Origin: Botryllus schlosseri
Lineage: Eukaryota
NCBI GenBank assembly: GCA_051294905.1
Contig: CM119371.1
Coordinates: 16,680,001-16,744,000, forward strand
Direction: 5' to 3'
Length of the DNA stretch: 64,000 nucleotides
The notes under the pieces: model-generated
What the model was told of the DNA's origin: nothing
Databases searched by the model: none
Seen by the model: the letters and a program-made list of their open reading frames with translations, nothing else
Part shown: in pieces, positions 13,800 through 25,756 of the stretch
How positions within the stretch are numbered: the first letter of the stretch is position 1
Layout of the letters: each line of letters begins with the position of its first letter
Position numbers and translations under genes: made by a program

Positions 13800-15100
13800 A
13801 CTTATTATTTGCAGACTTTCCAGAACTGCATTAACTACTTCCATTTCGGGTAGATCTAACGCAACTTTAAAGTTGTTACCTCTAGGTGTGTATAAATCCA
13901 TAACATTACATCTACTTTAGTTCAAAAGATGATTACTTTCACAGCCTCTGGTTTCCATGAAGTGTATTCAATGTTTTATACCTTTCGACTTTTTCTTGAG
14001 GATGACGCAGCACCGATTTACAGCAACGCTTGTTCCATGTGGCAGTAGTTCTTCCGAATGTTTTTGGTTCCAGTCATCAAGACATTCTTTGTACGGTGTT
14101 CTTGGCGTTGTTGAACACTATCAATTGAAGACATTGCCGATCTAAATAATCAAAATTATTATAATGTTTGTAGTGAAGCCATTTGTCAAGAAGCCAAGCC
14201 AGGAATCTAGAATATCCTGTAAAAAAAACAAAGACAATGAAGTTCAAGCTGGACCATTCCCACATTCTACTCACTATAATGACTAATCAGTAGGGCTGAC
14301 CACATTGGTATGGTTACTCAAATCTCGAACGAGTATCAATTCTTATGATTCGAGCCAAGTATGTGACTATTTTCAAGACAGCCTACTGAAATTACACGCT
14401 CTATGCCACTATAAGAATGCAGTTTATAATAAAATTATAGTTCCACCCAGCACGTTTTAGCAGCCCGATTGCGAACCACCGTAAATAGTATATTCCCGTA
14501 TCATCGATGGCACTTTTTTCAGGGTAATAAATTGCTAATTATTGAACAATCATAATCATCATATATAGTTCGTAACTTCAACTTACATAATTCAACATCT
14601 TGATCCATGAACAATGCACCACTGCGGCGCCTTCCTCTGAAGTTTAGAACTACATAACATTGCCTGTTCAATATCTAGTCTCCTGGTAGAAATGAAGTAA
14701 CTTTGTATACACAAACACAGATATGTCCCATCCATATATAGTAAGAATCCATTGATAATAAGGTTGTGTTTTCTTATCGACGGCAAGATGACCATCGAGC
14801 AATCAGCCTTCCTTAAGGCCAATCCATAGCCTACTTTTTTAATACTGCTGCAATGTAGGCAATGTTTCCGTGTAGATATACTAATATCGAAAGTTATAAT
14901 CAAGCTTTAAAAGTATGCACAGAGGCCGTGCCAATATTGCGGTAACATTGTGCCAACAACCCGTCTGCACCAGACCATGAACATGTTAAGTTTATAGAGT
15001 TTATAATTGGTTTAGTGTTGGAGTATCCTTTGATTAGAGCGATGTTAAAGATGGGCTAACTAACTAATATAATGTTGTTCCTAAAATACCCTAAATACAA
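13800..15100 (-). pseudogene. Heavily disrupted EnSpm-like transposase remnant
   Basis: In order, across frameshifts and stops: INLT..DG, (W>R)PLCILL, LWIG, NFRG..(C>R)SWC, TPR...W....EELL. These resemble the animal EnSpm motifs DG..WP, GLWxG, FNGxxGCxxC and PR..WKAxE. Confidence 0.45.
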
Positions 15101-17649
15101 ACCAATATTGCCATAAATTCTTACATGTTCACTGAAAGCCTCAATTATTTTATTAACGCTATTATAGATGGTTATATACTGTCGTGGACACAAAAATACG
15201 AAAATGGATGTTAATGTGATGCTACAATCTTCATGCATCCACATATTCAGCACTCTCACATTCCATAAATGAACATTCCACATTTCTATTAGCCTGCATA
15301 ACATTTCAAAATTCAGTATATACCGATATGTTATAAAATACCGGTACATTACTTTATGCGGCATCTGGTTTGCTGATTGGGTCCTGCAGTCCTAAGAAAT
15401 CCTTGTAAAACATGTCACAGGATGCACATGAAATGTCAAGTTATTGCTTGTGAGACATTATGCAACAGAGCACAATAAATCAGACTTCTATGATCAATAC
15501 ATTATCATAAAGTATCAAATGTACTACAATAATTATCGGCTTGCATGAGTTACCGATTAGCAGCGGGTCGATCAATTTCGTCTGTATAGGTGATATTACA
15601 GCCGTGTCACTATAATCATATAGTCAAATTCACTATATCGCATCAGCAGTTCATGATGGTCGAGAGTCGAGACTGTTGCTGTTTATTAAATATAGCACTC
15701 AAATACCAAGCTTCCTGCCCTTCCGGTACTCATGATAGAGACATCTCACAATCCACGCTGTTAACGTTTCCAATTAAGAACTAAACCATTACTGTGATAA
15801 TTCGTCCCTCCGCCATTGCTACAAACGCTGATCAACTTGAATTACACGCGCATGCGCGATGCTTGCCAAATAGAAGAAGGCAGGCTTCTGGTTTTATGGT
15901 TGGATGAATTTGTAGCGACAGGCGTGTTCGACTCCATTATCGAAATAGCCGAGAGGATTGCTTACTGCGTTGTTCCGTGATTGGAATAGTCATGACAATC
16001 CCATCATGACGATTATCAAGTTCTGATGTCGGAAGATTTCACATGCATTTCGAGTATTTGCCCCTGATGTGGGTATTTTCCTCTCAGTAATGTCACAGTA
16101 AAATAAGCTACTGTGTCTCTGTATCGAACATTAAATCGAGCCTCTTTAGCACTGTGCGACCACAATGATCGATAGCCGGGCTTGTGAAATTCCACGCGAT
16201 GGGAAAGTCATCACCATATCAACATTCACGGCTTCACTCCACTAGATTTCATTTGTATCATGAGTGTATTCAACACAACTTATTTAGCATTGACTGCAGA
16301 ATAATGCACATTTGAGTTCATAGAAACGATTTTCCAGTAAGGACATCCAAATCAACTACTGTGTAGGTGGCATCCAGGCATCACACTATTATGGCATCCA
16401 CTGGGATGGTCATTGGTAACTGGCATAGGCGCACTCTAAAAGTTACTTCGTCTGGGGGTCACTTGGAGTTACATAATTGGACGTCAATTTGTGACTCACT
16501 GAGCAAGTCCTCAGTCACTAAAAGTGGGACGTGGGACGATTGGGCACAATTGTGGACGTACCCGTAAGTCCGTGGGAGATCGGGTGTTTGCTGGGTAGAG
16601 AGTGACATTTAAGAGGTTTGATCGCAATTAATTATCTTCATGATGCCATCCATGTGATTTTATGGTAGTCAGTCTGTTTAGTCGATGTATAAAATTGGCT
16701 TGGCCAGAAAGAACGTGCTACCGTCGAGAGTAGTCGTTTACAGTCTTTCGCACCGAAGGCCGTGAGTTTAACCGACCACGCCAGCTCGAATTATATTCTT
16801 CTTTTTGACAATATCGAGACAAGAAGCGTTTCTGAGCGAACCAAGCACCTTGTTGTGCTGCCTTGCTCCTTGCCCACTGCCACCGGACGCATAGTCTACT
16901 CTGGCAACTACGAATACAATGCATGACGCAAGAAAACACCTTACAGCAACTATACCGGCCATACCTACCGAGAAAGCACTTCGTCAGCCCAGCCCCAAAA
17001 GTGTTGGTCTTGGGCTCCATATGGCGATAAGCCAAACTTCTGAAGGCTTCGCCCCAGACCCTACAGTTGGGCCTATGTATTTCGTACCTCAACATACCCC
17101 GAATCAATTCTAAATCATAATCTGTCAACCTACATACAATGCGCTTTCAGAATCGCCGCCGGTAGCAGACTCCTTGATCACCTAATCAGCAAGCTGCTGC
17201 TGTCGTGGTCATTGAAGCATAGAAGATTAGCCAATCAAGAGCCGTGGTTTCGTGATTACTAGTCTTCTCGCCGTTCTATGGTCGGTGGCACGCCCATTCT
17301 TCAGCAGCTACTTTCAAACGCTTTGCACGAAATCTTAACGGCGTCCTTGTGAGCTTCTTTTAGGCCTAATGTCGTTTTTTATCAATAATCTATAGAAAAA
17401 GACATTACAACGGAGGATTTGTAAGATTTTCCAAATTTTGGACAACCCTAATGCCTATCATACACAGGACTACAGACATTGAGTAATTTACCTTTTTTTG
17501 TTTGCCGTTGTCTATCTTTTCCTATTATATTGAATATTAAAGCCCCTCGTGATTTCTAACCATTGGTTAGGAAGTGAAGGGCTGTGATTCAAATGTATCA
17601 GCAACGATTTTGAATTTTTATCATAAGTGATTCTGATTCCGAAAATGTC

Positions 17650-18250
17650 ACTCGGCAATGTAAACAGAAACACGCATCAAAATCCTAATCGTACAGCCTA
17701 GTGCTGGCACGCAGTTCTTCAATTGGCCAGCATTTGATCGACAACGCGTCTTGCGCCTCAAACTATTCAGACGACATGTTTTCAGTTTTATCCAAGGGTA
17801 GATCCATATTTCATTTAACAGCTTTGGAATCCACTTTTATCAAACTAAACAACCCGGTCCTTTTTCACCAGAAAGAATTTTTGTATAATCTTAAAATCTC
17901 ACACTAGTCGTTGCTTAGCTGTTCGTCCGTATTTCTGTACATTTATTTTTCTTTGTTGCTGCATTGTCTCATTGTATTTGTATGTTATTCCTCACGGGCA
18001 CTACTTCTTCAAGTAGCTTGTTGCTATAGACGCCGCATTGTTGCTATGGTTAAATTTCCATTCATATTATTTATAAATTTTTATTATTGCGTCACAATAC
18101 GCCATTTGGTTTTGAATCCATCTCTGTTCTGTATCCGTTATCGTGTCGGTTGCTCTTGATAAGAGGCACGCGAAAAGTCCTTCGAGTCAATAAATATGAA
18201 TTTACTGTTAAAAGCCGTGTTCAAGTTTTGTACCACCAATCTGTTATATA
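17650..18250 (+). mobile_element. Penelope-like retroelement 3' fragment (GIY-YIG endonuclease C-terminus plus 3' UTR/pLTR)
   Basis: ORF 17701-17907 SSIGQHLIDN..CA..Y....FSVL...RS.FHL.ALES.FI....PVL..QKEF is typical of the PLE GIY-YIG C-terminus. It is followed by a degenerate hammerhead-like motif and AATAAA at 18189. Boundaries approximate. Confidence 0.8.
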
Positions 18251-18834
18251 AGTGATATTGTGAAAAATCGTTGCGATGCTAGTGAAAAATGACCATATGA
18301 TCTTCGTCCATATATTCAGCAGTTCCTCAGACAGGTATTTCACGCGATTGGTATGACGATTTCACACAATAAAATGATGCATACATATTCCAAAACTATA
18401 CTTTTTACTGTTCGAATTCCAAAGTGTAGAAGGTGAACAGATTTGTCTACAAACCATTCAAGTAGAAGTTGAAGTAGTCTAACGTAAATCACCTGAGTGA
18501 GCAGTAAGCCTACTGGGATACTTTGAAAATGTAGAGAGTAAATACGAAAGTTTTCTCCGTCACTATAGCTGATCTAAGCGTGCTGCAAATGAGTTGAATG
18601 AAACAAAATGTATTTACCTATGCGTTGGATGAAGACATTAATTAAATCGAAAAAATAGGTTACCGATTTGTGAAAACTATAATTTTTGCTTAACAAGAAA
18701 TGTCTTTAATGCGTATCACCCGATATGACTTCGCCCACTAATAGTAGCACGCGTACCACAGGTTTTGAACCACTGCCTTTAACCATGAAGCGGATCAAGA
18801 ATGAATACCATGGGCGTGGGGGATCATGGCTGAA

Positions 18835-19419
18835 GTTGTTGTTGTTGTTGTTGGTATTGAGTTTTTAGTGCTCGGCAGCTATGGCCTTGTGCACCAGGTC
18901 TATTAGTTAAGTATTCATTATTCCATTATATCTCTCTTCCGGACAACAAAACGAATTCTATTGCCGAGGAAATCGTGGCGGGATGGGTCAGTATGTTATC
19001 TATCAAGAAAGGCACGCCGTGTTCCCGGGCTATGCCTTCCAGGTATTCCTGTTCGCATGAATATTTTGGGCAATGAATGAGGAAATGTTCAACCGTTTCT
19101 TGTCGTTGACAAGTACGACAAAGCCCATCTTCGTGGCTTCCAATTCGAAGTAGGTGGTTGGCAAGTCGGCAATGGGCTGTTTGTAGACGTACGAGGATTG
19201 ACGATCGGATTCGTGACGATAGTGAGAAAACTGGGATTTCATTGTGCTGTGAGAAAATCCGCTTGAATTGGGAATCGTCCGTATGCTCCCTGAACTTTTC
19301 AAACCATTTCTCACGACAGTGTTTGGAGACTCGAACTTTGGCTTCCTTCAGCGACAAAGGGGTGGCTAGGATCTCGACGTCGGGGTAACTTGCAGCATGC
19401 TTGGCCAATTTGTCCGCCC
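18835..19419 (-). mobile_element. 5'-truncated I-group LINE (I/Nimb/Loner-like): end of RNase H, C-terminal CCHC region, 3' UTR, (CAA)n tail
   Basis: ADKLAK (RNase H C-end), LVRLQTAHCRL..HL.RIG, CRTC..QETVEHFLIHCP; stop at 18926; (CAA)6 tail at 18835-18852. Confidence 0.88.
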
Positions 19420-19577
19420 GTTTGTTTGTTTGTTTCGGGGTATTCATGGTGTTTATCGACTACTATGATCATTTACACCAGGCCGATATTCTTCTTATTT
19501 TTCCGTATCTGCCGACTTATAGCACGGCCCACCTCTAAGCTTTTTGTAAGACACCGCTGACGCGGATGTGGTGGCGA
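19420..19577 (-). mobile_element. SINE family 1, 3' half
   Basis: Near-identical reverse complement of 20241-20397; (CAAA)n tail. Confidence 0.9.
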
Positions 19578-20130
19578 CTTATATTAACACGACACAAGAA
19601 ACTCATAACAGCGCTGCTCACGGACACATACATATAACGGAACACAGACGATCTATATAACTCTTATACGATACACAGTGCTCAGTAAACTGTAACGAAG
19701 CTCCAAGCTAACCCCGCGCACACATACCCATCAGCCTAAACCTATCCCAGCAGCAGCCTTGTCATCTACAAGCGAGTACGGACTACCAATGGTGCAACAT
19801 CACTCCCTAGGTGCTAGCGTAGCACCGTCAGTGACTAAGCCGTGCCCCAGCCAGAGACTCCGACCGGTACATCCAACTCAAGCCTAGTAATACAAACCCA
19901 ACTACCTACCACTTCACGCCCTAACTGCCTAATACCACCACTACTTCACGCTGCTGCTCCCAACTACTGATACTTTACGCTACCAAACTCAGAGACATAT
20001 TCACTCGCATCCATCTTCACAGCCACACTCTCAGCCAACTCTTTTTTTTCCGGCTCGCCGTATCCGCCGGCGTTCGGCGTTCGCCCTCTCTTAAATATAG
20101 GGCTGCCTCCCGCTCGGGGTCTCCATTACA
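19578..20130 (-). mobile_element. Possible truncated solo-LTR-like segment
   Basis: The minus strand begins TGTAATGG with TATATTTAAG about 30 nt in; the segment is GC-richer and strand-skewed. No terminal CA or TSD is visible. Confidence 0.3.
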
Positions 20131-20174
20131 CAGTTTTGTTGTTTTTAATTTGATTTTTCAATTTTCCAACTAAG

Positions 20175-20397
20175 GGGTTCGACCGAGGTCGACTTCTGAA
20201 TTCCGATACCTAAGTGTTGGAGGTTTACCTAGGCTCCGCCTCGCCACCTCATCCGCGTCAGCGGTGTCTTACAAAAGCCTAGAGGTGGGCCCTGCTATAA
20301 GTCGGCAGTTACGAAAAATAAGAAGAATATCGGCCTGGTGTAAATGACCATAGTAGTCGACAAACACCATGAATACCCAAAAAACAAACAAACAAAC
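20175..20397 (+). mobile_element. SINE family 1 (from B-box region to tail)
   Basis: GGTTCGA...GGAGGTTTACCTAGGCTCC...AAATGACCATAGTAGTCGACAAACACCATGAATAC(CAAA)n. Confidence 0.9.
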
Positions 20398-20399
20398 AC

Positions 20400-21205
20400 T
20401 CTGTGATTGCTATGCCTCCTGTTCTTGTGTTCAATATATATTTTTCCTTCCTCTTTGCTCCGAAGAGGTAGCCTTCATTTGCGATTCGGTAGCTAGTTAC
20501 TTTTTCTTTATTGTTAAGTAAATCATTGAGGTTTTGGAAAAGTGTATTTGCATCCAATTTGCTTCTATTGCCACTTTGGTATGCTTCGCCTCGAAGAGTT
20601 TTTTCGTCGCTAGGTATATTTCCTTGTGCGTTGCTTCTTTCCATTTTTCAATTTCCTATTCCATGTTTTCATACATTCCTATCATACTTCTCCATTCGTC
20701 TGTTAGTTCGGTTTTGTGTGGCATATTATTTGTGAAAAGATTTTTGTTCCATTTCCTTATAGTCGGTCCCAATAGGTATAATTCGTGGTGGTGCCAAAAT
20801 TATGTTGGTTCGTCCAATTTCGCCAGTATTCCAATTTTTTCCAGTTTACATGTTTTAGTTTTTGCCTCTAGATGTGGTATTTCCATCTCTCCTTCTTTTT
20901 TTTGTTTGGTCAGTTTCTTTCTAGCTATTATTTCAATCTTTTCAGGCTGCCACACAAAGTTGAAGTACAGTTTGTTCAGAGTCGCTATCATCTTGTTGCT
21001 GAGTGTGCTTGTCTTCGCTTGGTGTATGATCTTAGGCGTTAGCACGGTGTTGAGTATTAGCTGTTTGCCATACCAGCTGAGGTCTCTTTTACTGTAGTCA
21101 TATAGTTTCCTTCTTATTGTTTGCGTAGTTTTGGACCAGATTTCTTCTTTTTGGTTTTCTCCGGTGTACTGTAAATACTTTTATTCCTGGCTTAATTTGA
21201 TTTTT
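20400..21205 (-). pseudogene. L1/Tx1-clade LINE ORF2 fragment (region C-terminal to RT)
   Basis: KRDLSWYGKQLILN, FNFVWQ...RKKL...K.EG.MEIPHL, and NL...NKEKVTSYRIAN; frameshifted. Confidence 0.8.
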
Positions 21206-21339
21206 CAGGTTTTCGCTCGCCTTTTCGCTCTCAGCCAACTCCCAACTCAACTCAGTCAACATGCGGTCTCCAGCCATACCACGCGCAACAATATTCTAAA
21301 CGGCAAATACAGAACATTCTGGAAACCTCGGGTTTCCAG

Positions 21340-21536
21340 TTTCCACGTACAATTTAGCCGATTTTATATAGGTTCATTACCGCGAAAACGGGAGATTTTG
21401 GTCAAAATGGCCCCATGGGTGATCTCAACAACAAGAGCCAATTTGAAAAAACTAAGGTCATATTCGGAATCAGTGCCCTTCAGAACCCCCAAAACCACTC
21501 TTACTCGGTCTGCCTATAAATATGTGTTGACCAGTG
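21340..21536. mobile_element. Isolated terminus of a Chapaev3-like element
   Basis: Reverse complement of 40821-41010; ends TGTTGACCAGTG followed by TTA. Confidence 0.8.
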
Positions 21537-21570
21537 TTATAGTTCCAGGCATCCTTGCTTCATTATCTGC

Positions 21571-22551
21571 TAGGGATGGTGTGAACCTCTGAAAGGTTCT
21601 GGTTCGTGTGAACGCGAACCTTTTTGAAAGGTTCTGTGTGAACGCGAACGTGAACCTCGTGACGTCACGTGACGTCATATTGCTAATTGCAACCCTATCT
21701 TTCAATGAAGTGATAGCCTATATTAATGTACACGATACCTAGCGACGACTCGGGCCACATAATGTCACAATGCTGAAGTACATTTTGGCGTTTTAAACGT
21801 CGCTAAATATATCAACTGAGGCAATCAAATGATATATAATACTCCCATAAAATCAATATCATCCGTCGCCCTGCCAATAATTTCGAAGAGGAGTTGCCGG
21901 GGAATTGACCAGACCAGGCAATGTATTCGGTGTACGAGTATTGCCTCATTGATATTGGGCAGAGTGTAAAACGGGTTTTTATACTTGCTACCGATATTAG
22001 GCTACCCCAAAAGTTATACAGCTGTAGCCAACACCTCAATCGCACGGATTTGGTTTTAACGATACAGTAAACATATGAAGTGAAGATAGAGCCCGTACGC
22101 TAGCTAGATTTGTTACATCAAAAACGATATCAATCTCATTGATTGGTTAAATAAGCATCATTCGCTCTGTACATGTTATGTATGTCGCTCGTGATGTTGT
22201 GTGATTGCGGGTCAGCTCACAGCGGAGAGTCACTAAATATTCACAAACGGAAACTTGGATATTTCGAGCAAAATTTTTGTAACAAATCAAGTAAAATCTT
22301 TGAGATTGTCAAAGTGCGTGCTCGGCGTTTTGAGTTTGTTTTTTTATGCTGCCGGCGTCATTCATAGAGTGGCCCGCAGTTGAAATGCAGTAAATCCGAA
22401 CCAAAGGTGTCATTATGAAGTGAAAATTGTAATATATGAAAAAGGTTCACAGTGCAGAACCTACCAAGGTTCTGTTGTGAACGCGAACCTCCAAATTCTC
22501 GAGGTTCGCACACAGAACGCGAACGTGAACCTCGCGTTCACACCATCCCTA
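21571..22551. mobile_element. 981-bp hAT (Ac-like) non-autonomous element, copy 1
   Basis: TIR TAGGGATGGTGTGAA; exact TSD TTATCTGC; GTGAACGCGAAC subterminal repeats; colinear with 27332-28312. Confidence 0.95.
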
Positions 22552-22809
22552 TTATCTGCCTTATGCATGATGATAGAATGAATATGTGAAGAGCACATGG
22601 GGATATGGATTTGAATCTTGTACATCCTAAACTGTTGATGATAATTAACGATAATGTTTTGATAATATGCAATCCATAGACATATCGTCAAACTGATTAT
22701 TCTACTCTGGCCGGATATGAAATCAAACATCCCAAAAACGCTGTCGGTGGATGGCGCTGTTGTGCAGCATGCAGAGTGCAGTAAAGTATATGTAAAGCTG
22801 CGTCACCAA

Positions 22810-23295
22810 CAGAGATGAGCATTGAGCATGGATTAGGATTAGGAATTGAAAATCAGAATTTGTGAAATTTTGTCGGATTTGGATTGGATTAGGATAAGAG
22901 ATTTTTTCTAAACGGATTAGGATTTCGATTGGATTTACCGATTTTCTGGGATATTGATCATGGCGAATGGCGACACACTTTATTATGATCAGTTATTAAT
23001 GTACTTATGGTACATTACAGTCTGGTACACTCGGTGCCAATGAACATGAGAGGTGCAGCTCAATGCTAAGTTATCTCAAATCTAGAGAATCGTTGGTTGT
23101 GAAAGAAAAAATTCCACTTCCTGCCTTGCATAAATTAGCATTTTTTCTGAATTTCAAAGTGTGAATCGGATTAGGATTGGACAATGGACATGGACATGAA
23201 TTTATAAAAGTTCTGGATTAGAATTTGGATTAGGATTTGATGTTTCGGATTTGGATTGGATTAGGACATAGAAATTCCAAATCCGCTCATCTCTG
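22810..23295. mobile_element. hAT MITE with GGATT repeats
   Basis: TIR CAGAGATGAGC / GCTCATCTCTG; exact TSD GTCACCAA. Confidence 0.92.
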
Positions 23296-23639
23296 GTCAC
23301 CAACACGGGCCCGCCCGGTCACATTTCGATGCCTGCAACCTGGTTTGAGATTCCTGTAGTACAGGGCCGGGCAACATACGGCCCGCGGGCCGGATCCGGC
23401 CCGCGACGGCATTTTGTCCGGCCCGCGGGCAGCTTCCCGTCTTACATGATAATGTAGCCCGCGGTCGATCAGTCTGCCGCTATTCCCCACTACTTGCTTA
23501 CTACGTCAAATTTTAGTGACTGTATGTTTATGTATCCGTGTGTGCGCACTGCCCAGCGTGCCAGAGTGAAGCTTACGGGTAAGTTCGTCGAAGCGAGAAG
23601 ACTTGCATTGTCAGCATTTACTATGTACTTAACCCTAAT

Positions 23640-23912
23640 GTTGTTTGTGGTAATCATGGTGTTTGTCGACTGCAATGGTCATTTACGCCAAGCCGATATT
23701 TCTTATTTTTGATTCCGTAACTGCCAACTGGTAGCACGGCACACGTCCAGGCTTTTGTGAGACACCGCTTAATAGTTATGCCGATGAGATGGCGAGGAGG
23801 AGCCTAGATAAACCTCCAACACTTAAGTAGCAATTCTGGAGTCGAACTCGAACCCGTAACACATTGGGTTTTGTAGCTGTGGATTATACCACTACACTAT
23901 CTTTCCGCCTAC
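23640..23912 (-). mobile_element. SINE family 1, near full length
   Basis: Minus strand carries A box TAGTGTAGTGG, B box GGTTCGAG, and the shared body and tail. Confidence 0.88.
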
Positions 23913-24042
23913 TGAACCCTAATGAATTGATATCTTGGTAAATTCGGGGTACCGGGCTTATCGAACATCTTAAATTCTTATTTAAGGATTGCACCTTGTG
24001 TTGATTCATCAGAGAGAAGCAGACATGGCGGTTCATGTATGA

Positions 24043-24346
24043 CAGTGGTTCTCAAACTGAGGGGGTGCGTGAAAGCATCTGAAGGGGCGCGAAGTCACAG
24101 TTACCTGAAAAATTTTTCGCGCTTCGCGCGATTTACCTCAAGCTCACTCTATCAATTGTCCAAATTTCATGTTTTAGAATTCTCTCATCAATAGCCATGC
24201 ATAACCTTTAAACGCAATCAAACTATCCGTTGGGATGGCTAGCATTCTGATTCACCTCTTTAATATTTGTGATATCACGATAAGGGGGCGCGGAATCTTC
24301 CACTATCAAAAAAGGGGGCGTATTTAAAAAGGTTTGAGAACCACTG
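24043..24346. mobile_element. hAT MITE
   Basis: TIR CAGTGGTTCTCAAAC / GTTTGAGAACCACTG; TSD ATGTATGA/CTGTATGA. Confidence 0.9.
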
Positions 24347-24663
24347 CTGTATGACAATGCTGTTCTCAAATCAACATTCGCTTCGTCATTATCAGCGAGA
24401 AATTGCTTTGAAATAATATTGCTTCGTTAAAATACATTATTTAAATACGATTTATTCCATGTATATGTGAATAAATGGGCAAATAATGTATCGATTCAGC
24501 AATCCGGCCCGCCAAGTACTTAATTTTCCTATATCCGGCCCGCCGACTGGATAAGTTACCCACCCCTGCTGTAGTAGCATTCTGAAATGCTGAAATTGAT
24601 TTCAGTTTGAAAATATTATTGTTGTTGTTGTTCAAACAAGGCTATTCTGCTGTGCCCAACAAT

Positions 24664-25058
24664 TACTGCGGAGCATGGACCAGAGCCGGATTGGATATCC
24701 GGCCAGACTTTTTCAATTTTGGCAGGACCGAATCGGAGCCGGATCAGTACTTTTTTGATAAGGCCAGAATATTTATGGATAAGCATGACGTTTGTAACTT
24801 AATAACTACCAACCAACAACACGCAAGTAACCGCCAAGCCAGTGCAAAAAGAAACGAACCATATTTTTAAATTCACGGATCCACCGTACCGTGTTTGGCC
24901 GGATTTCCGGAAGGACTTTTTGATTTTTGGCCGGAGCAGGATCGGAGCCAGATCAGTACTTTTACCTCATACGGCCGGAGCCGGATCGGAGCCGGACCAG
25001 AGAATTGGCAAACCGGATCGGAGCCAGACCAGAGAATTTGTCGATCCGCTTCGCACTA
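24664..25058. mobile_element. MITE with GGATCGGAGCC repeats
   Basis: Ends TACTGCG..GC / GCTTCGCACTA; flanks CCAACAAT/CCTACAAT. Confidence 0.75.
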
Positions 25059-25200
25059 CCTACAATTTTTATCTATTCATCTCTAACCGATTCCACTTCG
25101 GCGACGGTAATAGTATTCCAGGAATGATGAATTAGCTGATATGAATGGGCATATTCCCTTGTCGTGCAATGGCCCAGACACTGTCACGACCGGGACGCTT

Positions 25201-25479
25201 AGTGGCGAGATAGCGCAGTGGTAGCATAATCCACAGCTGCAACACCAATGGGTTGCGGGTTCGAGTACGACCGAGGTTGACTCTAGAATTCCTACCTAAG
25301 TGTTGGAGGTTTATCCAGGTTCCTCTTCGCCATACATCCGTGTAAGCGGTGTCGTATAAAAAGCCTATAGAAGTGAGCCGTTCTACAGGTCTGCAGCTAC
25401 GCAATAAAATGAAGTGAATTGGCCTGGTCTAAATGACCATAGTAGTCGACAAACACCATGATACCACAATCGAGCAAAC
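25201..25479 (+). mobile_element. SINE family 1, full length (tRNA-derived head, Pol III A/B boxes)
   Basis: A box TAGCGCAGTGG, B box GGTTCGAGTAC, conserved body and 3' stem-loop tail; eight copies or fragments in the window. Confidence 0.9.
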
Positions 25480-25756
25480 TATTTTGATAGTAAATGGAGT
25501 GACCCGTGTGTACCAGGGCTTTCGCGTCATTAAATAAGACAGAATTTCAGTATTTATTTATTCGCTAATGCTGCAAATCAAAGCGTGATCTTATCGATTG
25601 ATTTATCGATCGTTTTCGGAATGCGTGTTTGTTTGCCCTCTTGGAACTATAGGCAAAGTTTTCACAGCTAAACACAATAAGTCATCAGCTCATGACTCAT
25701 CAAACATGCAATACATCAGAACCAATACGACAGAACCAAGCTTGGAACGTCACCAC

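Larger units (their letters stand above)
10747..16595 (-). mobile_element. About 5.85-kb decayed EnSpm/CACTA-like (CMC) DNA transposon
   Basis: TIR CCCAGCAAACACTCGATTTCC vs CCCAGCAAACACCCGATCTCC; TA on both flanks; subterminal GGACGT/GACTCC repeats at both ends; disrupted transposase-like motifs on the minus strand. The boundaries are solid; the superfamily is inferred. Confidence 0.75.
23362..24568. mobile_element. hAT (Buster-like) element carrying a nested SINE and a nested MITE
   Basis: CAGGG...CCCTG termini; GGCCCGC subterminal repeats; exact TSD CTGTAGTA. Confidence 0.88.

Noticed and set aside
18720..18775. Right end of the hAT element starting at 10612
   Set aside because: The subterminal motifs differ and the flank matches the expected TSD at only 5/8.
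20511..21097. Hydrophobic + strand ORFs resembling membrane proteins
   Set aside because: They are the antisense shadow of the A-rich L1/Tx1 fragment.
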